Below, one piece after another: positions 36,076 through 48,061 of a DNA stretch of 64,000 nucleotides. Every line of letters begins with the position of its first letter. Position 1 is the first letter of the stretch. The DNA is from Epiperipatus broadwayi (lineage: Eukaryota > Animalia > Onychophora). The notes below the pieces were generated by a model, which did not search any database, was not told the origin of the DNA, and was given only the letters and a program-made list of their open reading frames with translations. Where the stretch lies: contig JAQFVV010000002.1 of assembly GCA_028023455.1 (NCBI GenBank), positions 13,888,001-13,952,000 on the forward strand, given 5' to 3'. The translations under genes were made by a program, and so were the position numbers.

Positions 36076-36759
36076 TATTATGTAGTTTAGACTAGCCAAA
36101 TTATATACGTACCGTTATTTAAGCAGAGAGGAAAATATAGTCAATACTTTAATATTAACTATACTAATGGTCAGACAGGGTATTATCTATAAATTCACAG
36201 ATCTCTGCCTTGAAAAAGGCCATTAAATCCGCTCTTCCTACTAAAAGCAAATACCTCTTCCATGAATACTTTTAACTTATACTTGGGTTGCACTCAGCTG
36301 TCATTCAGAGAATTAACTGGAAAATTCACAAGCGATTTTAAACATTTCAGACAGCTACCTCAATTGAACGTAAGAAACTCACCTTATTAATGATCAGATA
36401 TTAAATATTTAAAACAAGACTATAATTGACAAATTTTGTTTTGACTAAATTTCATATGGTGAGAGATCAGAGAATTCAGACTTTGCAAATGAACAATTAA
36501 ATAACATATTTATTTATATATTACAACACCAAATTATAATAATATAAAATATAACAAAACTTGAATTACTTACAAAATTATTTAAAAAAAAATTAATTAG
36601 TATTAAATAAGGAAATGCTAGTTTATGTATTTTTTGATTTAACAAGATTTCTAAAGGAAAATCTAAATCTTACTCCCTTTTGCTTCAGTTTAAGTCTAGA
36701 CTTTGATTCAGTTTGGCTTACATTTGACCTAGGTTCTGGTTAAGGCTTGTCCTGAGGTA

Positions 36760-37200
36760 ATCATCTTTTTTCTTCTTTTTTTTTGCTTTTGATGGTGCTT
36801 TGAGTCTAAAAGATATTTAATGTCTTCATTTGTAAGGTGTGAGTTTGAAAAGTATTATGGCAATAGCGGCTTATAGCTTCTTTCCAAGACGGCATTTATC
36901 TTCATTTTATTGTCTGGCTATATTCTTGAACATATGATGGGTGGATGTTTCAACAATGGCAGATCAGCTTTTTAATCACATTTCAGGATCTCCATAATTT
37001 ATAGATACTGCATGGTGAAAGACCGAATGAACACCCTTTTGCGAATCTAGCAGAGCATAGTGGTGGTAAGAATGCAGAAGTTTCTATACATTGTTTGATC
37101 ACAGAGCACAGTGGTGGTAAGAATGCAGAAATTTCTATACATTGTTTGATCCATAAAATTAGGAATCTATGATAGCAGAGATCGCAGAATTCAGAAGGTA
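36760..37200 (-). mobile_element. Degenerate LINE ORF1 (gag-like zinc-knuckle) remnant
   Basis: The minus strand gives C..C/H..PSY-like remnants (CSARFAKGC..SPCS, CHC.NIHPSY) followed by a Lys-rich stretch, with frameshifts. Confidence 0.4.
37051..37151. repeat. 51-bp tandem duplication
   Basis: cagagca(t/c)agtggtggtaagaatgcagaa(g/a)tttctatacattgtttgatc at 37051 and 37102. Confidence 0.92.
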
Positions 37201-40200
37201 ATATCAGCAATATGACAGTAAATATTAATAGTAGAATAACTACACTAATGAAAATTTATTTGCTTTTATATCTTTGATTAATTATTGTTCTGAGAATCAC
37301 CCACACCAATTGGGTTTTCAGGTTTTTTTTTTTATTAATTAATTTAATTAGGCTTCTTATTAATTAGAACATTACTTATCTAATCGGTTGACTGATTTTC
37401 AGTAAAAACATTTAATCCCTTTTTTGATTTACTAATTTACAAACTTATTTTATATTTGATTAGATAATAATTTTACCAAAACTAATTTACCATCCATTTT
37501 CCTTTTCAAATATTGGCCAATGATATTACATTTTTTTTCAATAGAAAATCTAATTAAAACTCTTAAATTATTACTACATTTTTTCTTCTACTTTTCTTTT
37601 ATTTTAAATCATTTATTTTATATCAAGTCTCGTATAATTTGATTTGAGTTTTATTCTTTTTTTTTTTGTTGTTGTTTAATTCTAAAGTGGTCTTTTGTTT
37701 TCTATCCAAAATGTCTCATCTTTCAAATTACCATTATAATGGCTATTTAAGTGATAGCTCTTTTTCTTTTTAAATATAGATATTTTATTTTTAAACCATT
37801 TTATGTAACATATATTTTAGTATTTTTTACAATACACTAGCTTTTGTTTTAACCACAGGAAATTGCATTGCAGTTAGATTTTTGGAAAATAATCAAACTT
37901 ACGATTTCATACTTTTTAAATTGTTCTATCCTATTTTTTGAGTTGTTGGTTAGTCTATTTAGACATAAGGGTGATATGAATACAACGTTTAAAATCTTTA
38001 CAAATTATTTTTTTAAACCTTGTATTTAGTTTTGGCACATAAGCTAAAACATTGTGTTTTAAACTTAGCTTTGTTGTAAAACAATTTAATTATCTATTCG
38101 TATATATAAAATTCCTGTTTTGTCTGTTGTCTGAATATATGTTTGTCCATAACAGTTTACACATCTTTTGAATTTTTTTAATTCAGAGAGTGCTAATCCA
38201 TACTTTGTCTGTTGTCCATAACGCTGTCACATTCACAACAAAAAACTATACCTTACTATAACTTAATTATCAAATATAACAGGTATATTTAAAAATTCTA
38301 AATTTTAATTAGTTTTATTAATTTAGTTTTATTAATACTTTAATTTATTGTGTACATTTCAGAAATGTTCCTTGCCGGATACATTTCTGAAGTGTACCAA
38401 ACAGGCTGGGTGGTTCCAAATGTTTTTTTTTTTAATTTGTAAATTTCTCGCATTTATTTATGTAATATTAAAATTTTTTGTTTAATTTACATTAAGTTTT
38501 AAAAAAAAATTGTTAAAGCACCCAATTAAAAAAAAACTACTACAAAAATGATGACCTTAGATCAGGTACATTTCTCACATTTATTTATATAAAATTAAAA
38601 TCTTTTGTTTAATTTACAGTAAATTTTAAAAAAATTTTTTTTAAATCATCCAATTAAAAAAAACGACAGCCTTGGAAAGGCCAGTATGTAAACTTGTATA
38701 TTTTTATTGTGGCTCACATTTACTAAGTCATTAATATATTTCTCAATATTCTTTTTTATATCTGCCTCAAATTTACTTAGATGAAAATTATAGTGTAAAA
38801 AAAGCATTTAAATCTTGTCAATTTATATTTTAGAGAAAAGTGTGATGTTGGATTTATAAAGCCTTTTACATTTAACAGCTTGATAACCATTTTGTATGTG
38901 AATTCATTATAGTAACGATCCTGCCATTTGATAAAGATATTATCGAAGTTAAGCACAAATTATAATCCTGTAGTTAATGCTTAATAATAAAAGATAACTT
39001 TTGAGATTTCACACCTAAATTTAAATAACAGGGATTAAACAAGTTAGGAGGAAAAATATAATTTAATTTAATCATAAATTATACTGATGGTCAGACCTAG
39101 CTATATTCATAAAAATATTATAGACTACAATCATCTTTCCAGAACATTAAATCACTCCTAATTAACTAACAGAAATTAGATAGTCTATAGATTACGGATT
39201 TATATTAGATTTTAAATCAGAGCAATACTCAACACTGGGATATTGATGGGATGATATTCTACGCCATTAGTATTATTAAACCGTACCATGTCATGACTAA
39301 ATTTGCTAGAGCATGAATTCTTTATCTCACTAACTAATACAAAATTAATTTATTATATTTAAATGGTAGAAATTTATGAGAAGAGAAACAGGAAGCTAGA
39401 TTAATAATAAAAAATTTTTATTATACAATAAGACATATATAAAATATTAAGATACTATAACATTAAATTATAAAATAAATACATAAATATTACTATCCTT
39501 CAGGTCATCATGCTTAAAACAAACTATTACAATCCTTCAGGTGATCACACTTAAAACTAAGTTTTATCAAAGTCTCCAGTTTAAAATCTCTTTTTGTTAT
39601 GCTTAACATTTTTCTTCATTTGTTTGTTTTTACATTATGGAGTCTATTCCGGTAGTTAAGATGCTATAAATCCATTCTTGAAAATTTAGAAATATTAAAT
39701 TTTCAACTTTAGCTGCTTTATATTTTAAATTATTTAGGTTATATTTCTTTACCTCTCTAAAGACACAAATATTCCATGAGAGAGGACTTTCATTTTACAG
39801 TTATATTCAAGCATAATTTTTTAATGTAGGTTAAACACAATCCAGAAATAGTAATTCAAGTTTGATTCCATAGTTGGCTAAAAATAAATAATTAACCCAG
39901 GCTACATTGCTGCCAGAGTAAACGGTACACACCCAGTGGCTCCCATGAGTCATTATGATTATTTTATAATATTTATTTTTGTTCATAACTTGATTGCTTA
40001 ATAAAAGTAAACTTGAAGTCTTTACAAGCAGCTAATGATGACTACCAAACAAAAAAAGAACTTTAATAAAAAAAATTATTACCCTGAGCATTGTTTAAGT
40101 TAATTTTATTACTTACAATAACAACAAAAAATATTTGTTGCAATACAAAATCCTTTTTTTATAAATCAGATTTCAATTATTTAAATTTTAAATAATTGAC

Positions 40201-40399
40201 TTTGAACTTTGAAAATGTTAAATTTAGAGGCAATACAAATTTCGAATCAGTGAACTAAAAGAAAACTTTTCTTTTTTTAAAACTTACTTGTTTACTCTTT
40301 TATTATTATTATTATTAAAATTGTTACCCCAAAAGTAATCAACACTTAACCACTCTTGTGGTCAAATATGTATCTTGCTTTGCAACTGATACAATATAT

Positions 40400-41400
40400 T
40401 AGCATTTAAATATGTTAAAGTTTCATTAATTTCAAATTCTATAGTCCATATTAAACCAAAATTACTACATCTCTCTTTGTCCATGCACAAAAACATCAGC
40501 ATATCTTCTATGTAAAATATCATAATTACTTTCTACAAATGGCTGTATAATATCTTCAATTTCTGAGATGTACAAAGTGCAGATGAAACCGTTGACTACT
40601 AATCCCATTGGCCTGCCTTCTCCAGTTGATAACAGGTTTTTTGCATAACTTGCAGTGATTTTCCCATCAGCTTATTTTAAAACTTCCATAATAAATTTGG
40701 CTTTATATACATCTATATTATGTTCTAATAAGAACTTTTTAATTATGTTTATGGATTGCTTACTGTCACTGATCTGTATAATTGGTACACATCTTGTTAG
40801 GCCATATAATAATTATAAACAGTCTTAGCAGATTTCACTGTCTGTATAAATTTGAATATAGATTTAATCTTAAATCTACTAAAACCTATCAACTTTTACA
40901 ATGTATTTGCTATGAGATGAGATGCTTTATGATATTAGCAACCTCCAAAATTCCTTATTAATCTCAGAGGAGCATTCTCTTTATGTATTTTAACATTTGC
41001 AAATAAACCTATTGTTGCTGACAAATAATTTCTCAAATATTCTTTTCTAATAAATGTTTTTCCATTATATAGGTGTAAAACACTGGTAATAAACTTATCT
41101 TTCATTGATTTTAAATTATAATTCTCGATTCTTTTAAATTTCAATTTATTGATTTGCTGAAACATTTTCTCATTATATGCGTCTTTATACATTAAAACAC
41201 TTTATCTTCTTTCATACAAATAATGTTTTTCTCTTACAACATTGATTTGAAATTAACTGTTTTATATCAAGGATTCTGCATTCCAAAATAATATTTATCC
41301 ATTAACTTCATAACTATTTGCTTGATTACGTCCACTTTTTTCTTAGAGAATTCATATGCAGTCTCTATATCTGTAATAATCTTCATGATCCGATTTCTTC
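40400..41400 (-). mobile_element. Penelope-like element RT fragment
   Basis: Minus ORF ...GLFANVKIHKENAPLRLI (PLE RT N-terminal motif), followed on the minus strand by G.PMG-like (~40610) and R.YAD (~40500) remnants. Confidence 0.85.
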
Positions 41401-41408
41401 AAGGTCCT

Positions 41409-41662
41409 CTGACAAATTTTGGACATATTCTAATAGGAGTTTGAATTCTGTCAACATTTTTACAGTTGATAAATGTACATAATTATCTTATGTTTCCATA
41501 TAGGCTGTTATATTTTGTAGTTTGTATATCCAAGTTTCCCTGTCAAATTTTGGATATATTCTAATAGGGGTTTGAATTCTGTCAACATTTTTACATTTGA
41601 TAAATGCACACAATTATCTTATGTTTCCCTATAGGCTGTTATATTTTGTAGTTTGTATATCT
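41409..41662. repeat. ~131-bp tandem duplication at the junction of two oppositely oriented PLE pieces
   Basis: caaattttgga.atattctaatagg.gtttgaattctgtcaacatttttaca...gtagtttgtatatc repeated at 41409 and 41540. Confidence 0.9.
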
Positions 41663-41664
41663 CA

Positions 41665-42720
41665 AAAATTGAAGATCATATTATATAGCCATTTGTAGAA
41701 AGTAATTATGATATTTTATACAGAAGATATGTTGATGATGTTTTTGTATATGGACTAAAAAAGATGATAAGAGAATATGTTCAACAATCTAAATAGTAAT
41801 TCTGGCTTAATATGGACTATAGAGTTTGAAATTAATCAAACTTTAAAGTATACGAGACCGTAATGTGTTTACATATAAAATGGTTATCAAGCTGTTAAAT
41901 GTAAGAAACTATATATCCATCATCACACATCCCTCTAAAATATAAATTGACAGGATTTAAATGTTTTTACACCATAATTTACATTTGTGTAAATATGAGG
42001 CAAATAAAAAGTGGAATATTGAGAAATATGTTAATGACTTAGTAAGTATGAGCTATAGTAAAAATATATAGACAATTAAGATTGATTTATGATAAAACTA
42101 AGTTTAAAACAATGTAGATATAAATAAAAATAAAATGGACAAAGAATGGATTTCTTTGGTTTTTGTGCCAGATCTAGATACGAAGTTAAAAGAAATAATT
42201 TGTAAAGATTTTAATATTGGATTCAGAATACCCTTATGTTTAAATAGACTAATCAATGTCTCAAAAAATAGGGTAGGACAAAATGATAAGTATGAAATCA
42301 TATATTCAATTGTTTGTCAAGAATCTGACTACAATGCCACTTATTATGGTGAGATGAAAACTAGTGTATCGTTGTGTTTATGACAGCATATATATCAATA
42401 CAAAAAATCTCAAGTAGGTTCTCAAATTAATTCTGGTTTTTCCAATCACCAGAAAAATACTAGATACGAATCTTATCCTCATATAATTAATATTGTCTGC
42501 AACGAACCTAATGATAGGAAGAGGAAGATAAAAGAGCTGTGGTTTATTGCAAAGTGTAACAATGTTACCAATAAAAGACACACCAGTGTCGCACTGAGCA
42601 TGCACAGTCAGTTTAGATAAATCGCCATGTGTCTGGTACACAGTATATCGAAGGCATGCTCAGTTAAATATTACTAATATTGAATTGAATCCATTCTGTA
42701 TGACACATAAATATACATGT
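41665..42720 (+). mobile_element. Penelope-like element 3' half (RT C-terminus + GIY-YIG), degenerate
   Basis: agatatgttgatgat (RYVDD) at ~41726, IIYSIVCQESDYNATYYGE (ORF 42135-42383), then ..RKRKIKELWFI...NKR. Confidence 0.88.
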
Positions 42721-42907
42721 GTGTATATTGATTTATTTAAGATCATATAAATAAATGTTCAATCATTATTTTTTTTTTTTACCAGACTAATCTCCACATT
42801 GAAACCTTATTCAAACAAATAGTAAATATAATGTAGAAAAATTAGAAATCAATAAAAAATACATTTTTTCTACATTTTAATGTTTTTTGTTTCCTGTTCA
42901 TATGCAG

Positions 42908-43963
42908 CAGGATTAGGGAATCTTTTTTCTGTCAAGAGCCAATTGGATATTTATAATACCATTTATGGGCTATGCAAAATTATCGACTTAAAAATTAGCC
43001 TGCTATATTTAATTAAAAATTTAATTAATTTACCCCTAATGAGTAGGGATGGATAATCTTTTCAACTGGCAGACGAGTTTCATCTTTTCCTTTTTAAATG
43101 AAGACAATAATTTTTTTGTGAAATAAAAATAAAGTTATTATTAATGATTGTTTGACATGTAATGATAATTTCTACAATTTGTCTTGTAACTATTTTTTAT
43201 GACATATTTGTATTCTTGAATTTCTTTTTATGTTTTGGACAGATTAATTCTACTGCAGCTAGAATGCAGTCTTTTATAAACTCCCCTTCAGAAAATGGTT
43301 TCAAATTTTTCTGTTTTTTTTTTTTTGTAATAATGTAATTTTCTTTTAGAGAATTTTCTGACTTGTTTGTGCTTTTTATGAAACATATTTTAATATTTAT
43401 TTCTTCCCCAACAATTTTGTTGTAATCAGAATGTTTTGAGAAATAGTCTTTCTTAATATTGTATTCTTTATTAATTGAAATACTTTCCAGATATATCAGG
43501 CACATTGATTTTCTATTTTTTTTTTTTATAAAAGAAATAATGCGATGGTCTATTGCTTTTGAAATGCATGATTTTCTGTGTCAATTTTATTTATCTTACT
43601 TGGTGTAGCTTATCCTTGTTAAAAAAAATAATTAAATAATGATAATAAAATGAACAGTTTTTTATTTTTGCTAATATACATATGTGAAAATTGCAATAAA
43701 ACCCAACAAAATGCTCTCAGCATTTATGCAATATGGATAATTTGTTAGAATATTGGCCCTCTGTTAAAATGAATCAGAACTGTTATAAAGGCTGGAGAGA
43801 GAAAAAGATGTAATTGAGGAATAAATATTTTACTTAACTCTTAGTTCAATATTTGCATTGCATGCATGTGTAATTAGAAATTTTATACAGATGCATTTAT
43901 ATACGTTTTTTAAAATGTCCCAAGGGCTGGAGTTGGTCCAAGGGCCAGAGGTTCACATTTCTA
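42908..43963 (-). mobile_element. Internally deleted hAT (Charlie/SPIN-group) DNA transposon
   Basis: ORF 43197-43505 has KEYNIKKDY..KH and KPFSEGEFIKDCIL..ICP (GTF2IRD2/Charlie-type transposase N-terminus). Decayed CAGG..GGGAA.C / GGTTC....CT ends, with candidate 8-bp TSD atatgcag / atatacaa (6/8). Confidence 0.8.
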
Positions 43964-45129
43964 ATATACAATGATGTATACACATAAATATACTTTTTTA
44001 AATATATATATATAGCTGTCATTAACTTGTGACATAAATGTTATCACCATTATGTAATAGAGATGGCAATAATAATAATTTGTTTATATATTGGTATATT
44101 GAAAATTATAGAGTTAATTATATTTTATTTGATACTATATGCATATAAATGTGTGTTTCAAAAACACAATGTAGTTTGTTATTTATTGTCCATGAATTGC
44201 AGTATCTGTGAAATATTCCAGAATCAAAGGTGACAGATACGGGGAACAATGGTATATATTCTTTTGTTGGAAAAACAAATACAGCTTGCTGACAGTATTA
44301 TAAGAATTTAAAGATGACTAGAGGTTTTGGTTATAAAATTTTAACATTTTGAGTGTGTATGAAAGACAGATAACCTGAGATATGCAAAATAAATAGGTGG
44401 ATCTTATCTTTTAAGAGGAATAAATTTAATGATGAGCTATTGTTTATTATAACAATATCTAGAAAGTAGTTGAGTAGGAATTTTAGCAAAGATGGTGGCA
44501 TATAAAGGTTTTCTAATTTGGATAAGAAAGTTCTAAAAATTATTTAACTAATCTTTCAGATCAAAATGTTCAAGAACAAAATCTGTAAAGAGTTTTTTCA
44601 CTTTATAATAATGGGTTTATAAATTAATTGGAAATATAATAATCTTAACAGGAAATAATCTTAATGTATTATTCATATTCTAGAAGCTATGAAACGGGAT
44701 AAAAATTCTATAAATAGAATGATAAGTTACATTAATTAGTAGCAGATGAGATGAAGAGCTATCATTGTTTGATTTATCTTTGAAATTTATTGTGATATTC
44801 ATTAAATGTTTCCAATTACCGTGACAAGCAGATTATAGAGAATAATATTAATTATTCAAACTTTTAGGATGTGATAGTGATAGCTTTCATCAGAATGGCA
44901 TAATTCAATAAATTTCTTATGTAATAATTGATTTAAATGATGGTTCTTGATTTAACTTTTGAGAAGAGCAAAATATCTATAAATGTAATGGGCTTTAAAA
45001 TTGAATGGAAACAATGTTGCACATAAGAAGATGCCTTAAAAATCTCTGTTGGGTTGTGTCAAGATTTTATTCTAGATTGGAAATTTTCCAATATGATAAA
45101 AATAATGGAATGATTCATCATTATTTTCA

Positions 45130-46270
45130 ATCATTATCACTCGACTGCAGCATGAAGATGTCTCCAAGTTTAATCCCGTTTCTCCGATCACTAGTCTCTT
45201 CCCCATATTACTCCAGCACATTTTATTATTTCATTTATCCATCTCATGTGTTCTTTTTTTAGGTCTTATACAATTTCGTGGATTCTAATTTAGGATTTCA
45301 CTTGTTCATCTTTTCTAACAATATATCCAGCCCAATTTTATTATTTCAGTCTCTTAATTCTTTCAATGATATCAATGATAACTGATCTCACTCATGTATT
45401 TTGTTTTCGATATATTGCTTATCTATTAAGTGTTTAAGTCTCAGATCTATAAGTAAAAACTTGCAGAACACATTTATTAAAAAACTTTTTTTCCAAACAC
45501 ATAGACATATTTCTTTTTAATATTAAGTTATTTCTACCAAAAGCACTCGATCCAAATTTAATTCTATAATTAATTTCACCCATTATGATTTCATTTCTAT
45601 TGATAATTTGCCAAGATGTTTGTAGTTGTTAACTTTTAACTCATCATTATCAGTCTTTATTTTATTTTGAGAAAATTCGTTGAACATTATATTTTAGTTA
45701 TTTTAGCATTTACCTTTAGTTCAACTTTGTTACTTTCATCTGATAACTTGCAACATTTTCTGAAGCTCTGAAGCATTATTTGCAAAAACAATTGCATCTT
45801 CTGTAAAATCTAAATGACTTAAATATTTATCTCCATTTTTATTCCCTTAGCTTCCCATTTAATCGACAAAATACTTTTTGTAAAAATGCTGTAAAGTGTT
45901 TTGGAGATATGGAGTCAACCTGCTATATATCTTTCTCAATGTTAATCTTCCTAGTATCATTATGTAACATTGTTGGTAAAAAAAAATTCAGAATGATTAT
46001 ACTCTGCGTCTATATCTTTATGTTTCAAAACTTTAAACACTGAAGAAATACTTATAGAACCAAATGCTTTTCATAATCTACAAATCCAAGCATAATGGCA
46101 ACTCATATTCATTAGTTCTTTCTATAACTTCTTTGAATTTTTTGGACATGAGACACTGTACTAAAGCCATTTTAAAATCCTGCTTGTTGTTTTGATTGGT
46201 TAAAATACAAAGTTCGATGTAGACGAATTGCATTTATCTTGATAAAATTTTTGTATAAAATATATCTTTT
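45130..46270 (-). mobile_element. RTE-clade LINE, 5'-truncated degenerate RT and 3' end
   Basis: Collinear with 10560-11750 (atttgcaaaaaca..tctgtaaaatctaaatgacttaaat, ggagatatggagtc, aaatccaagcataat). Confidence 0.85.
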
Positions 46271-47033
46271 ACCTATAATATAGAAAGCCAAATAAGGAAA
46301 TTATCAATACAAAACTTATCAGTTATATATATATAACTTCAATATATAATATGGAAATCAAGTTAAGGAAATCAATAGTCAATAGAATTTAAGAAAATTT
46401 AATATTTAAATCTTTATATTTTATTTTAGATATATCACATGAATACAATAATTAAGAGAATTTTTAAATTGGGAGGAGGAGGGGGATTTTTTTTGGGAAA
46501 TAGATCTTTTAGAAGAGAAAAACTGTTTTGATTTTTATGTGGATTGAAGTTCTATTATTGAGATTCCTTTGAATATTTGTAAATTTGATTTTTAATATTT
46601 TTACTAAAGAGACAATGAGATGATTTATTAGACCAGTAATTGAGAATCCATTTAAGCTTGAGAACTACATTTCTCTTCAAATTGTATAAAATCAAATCAA
46701 TTTCTTTTAAGAAATTAATATTTGATCTTTTTTTTTTAGCATTTTTGTTTAACAAACATGAAAATATAAGAGAAATGATGTTCATAATAAAATATACTTT
46801 TAAATCTTATTCGTCAAAAAGTAAAAAATAAAATAAAAATAATTTTACAAAGTGATTTAAAGTAATTTTTATTTAATATTTTCACAAGAATATCTATGAA
46901 AATTCATTAAATTGTATGTATGATCTGGTTGTTGTGCATCCTTAACAAATAATACATGTTTTGTTCAGTATTGTGTTTTCATTCTTTAGTCTATTTAAGT
47001 TTATTAATAAAATTTACATAATTAATTTTTATT

Positions 47034-47217
47034 GATAGAGGGACCTCTCAAACCATAACACAAGATAGCCAAGATAGCAACTTTTATAAAGATAAAAACG
47101 GCTGTCTTATTTTTAACCTAACTTTCCACTTATATAGATTAGGTTAATGATAAGACAGCCGCTCTTATCTTTATAAAAGTAGCTATCTTGTGTTGTGGTT
47201 TGAGAGATCCCTCTATC
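47034..47217. mobile_element. 184-bp MITE forming a near-complete hairpin
   Basis: gatagagggacctctcaaaccataacacaagatagc...gctatcttgtgttgtggtttgagagatccctctatc. Inner blocks (cttttataaagataa, cggctgtcttat, ttaacctaa) also pair. TA flanks gagg/cctc. Confidence 0.78.
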
Positions 47218-47913
47218 GGCAAAATAAAGATATTGTTTGACAATTATAAATTTCAAGGCACATTTGATACACGTTATAGCCTGACTTAAAAGTATTTACA
47301 TATACTTCCTGTGCGTTTAATAAATAATTAGAACTCTATAATTAATTTTTGTATTTTAGTAAAAATGCAACTGTTTATTGCAATGTATTGGCTGTCTTTT
47401 TTGTCTGTTTTTACGGCAGCCAATAATTTTCTTAAGTCCTTTTAATAAAGGAATTTGAATTAAAAGTTATTTAAGATTGAAATTATTGCTCATTTCAGTA
47501 GTAGCTAATTAATACAGCAATTTTTATAGGAGATGATTTCAGTATTCTATTTGAACATTTAGAAATACATTTTTGGTCATTTTTATTTTACCTTTTTCAT
47601 TCAATAGAATGAATATTCAAAACATTCTCTCTATCTCCAATCTTTTGTGAAAGGAGTTTTTCTTGACAGATTCAAATACCATATAATAAATTTTTTCTTA
47701 TTAATTGTGAATGGGAATAAGATTTTTAATTCAACAGTTAGATTTTTTTATTAGATTGCATTAATTTGATGAAGTACAATATAGTGACTTTTTTTTTTTT
47801 GGAGAATTTTGAATATTTGACTTTTGTTTTTTTAACTTTTGCATTACAGTTACATATTATTTTGAACAATAGTTTAATTAATTTAATGCAAGTATTTTCT
47901 TTTTTTTTTCAAG

Positions 47914-48061
47914 GTTTTATTAGCTATGCGTGCAAATGTTGAAGATCGAGGTGTAAAAGGTGAATGCACACCTTTAATGGAAGCAGCAAGTGCTGGTCAT
48001 GTTGACATTGTAAGACTTCTTATTGCACATGGAGCTGATGTAAATGCACAATCACACACAG
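47914..48061 (+). CDS. ANKHD1: Internal coding exon of ANKHD1/mask, ankyrin repeat
   Basis: Acceptor ttttttttttcaag| and donor ACA G|gtgaat. The phase 0 start continues ELAQ. Translates VLLAMRANVEDRGVKGECTPLMEAASAGHVDIVRLLIAHGADVNAQSHT(G). Ends in phase 1. Confidence 0.97.

Noticed and set aside
30871-41662. Short tandem repeats (38, 51, 131 bp) as CRISPR-like arrays
   Set aside because: There are no unique spacers or cas genes and the context is a eukaryotic intron. They are plain tandem duplications.
12087-42641. ORFs 12087-12359, 12625-12915, 29011-29244, 29266-29595, 29801-30229, 35800-36012 and 42378-42641 as genes
   Set aside because: They are antisense shadows of RTE or PLE coding sequence on the opposite strand.
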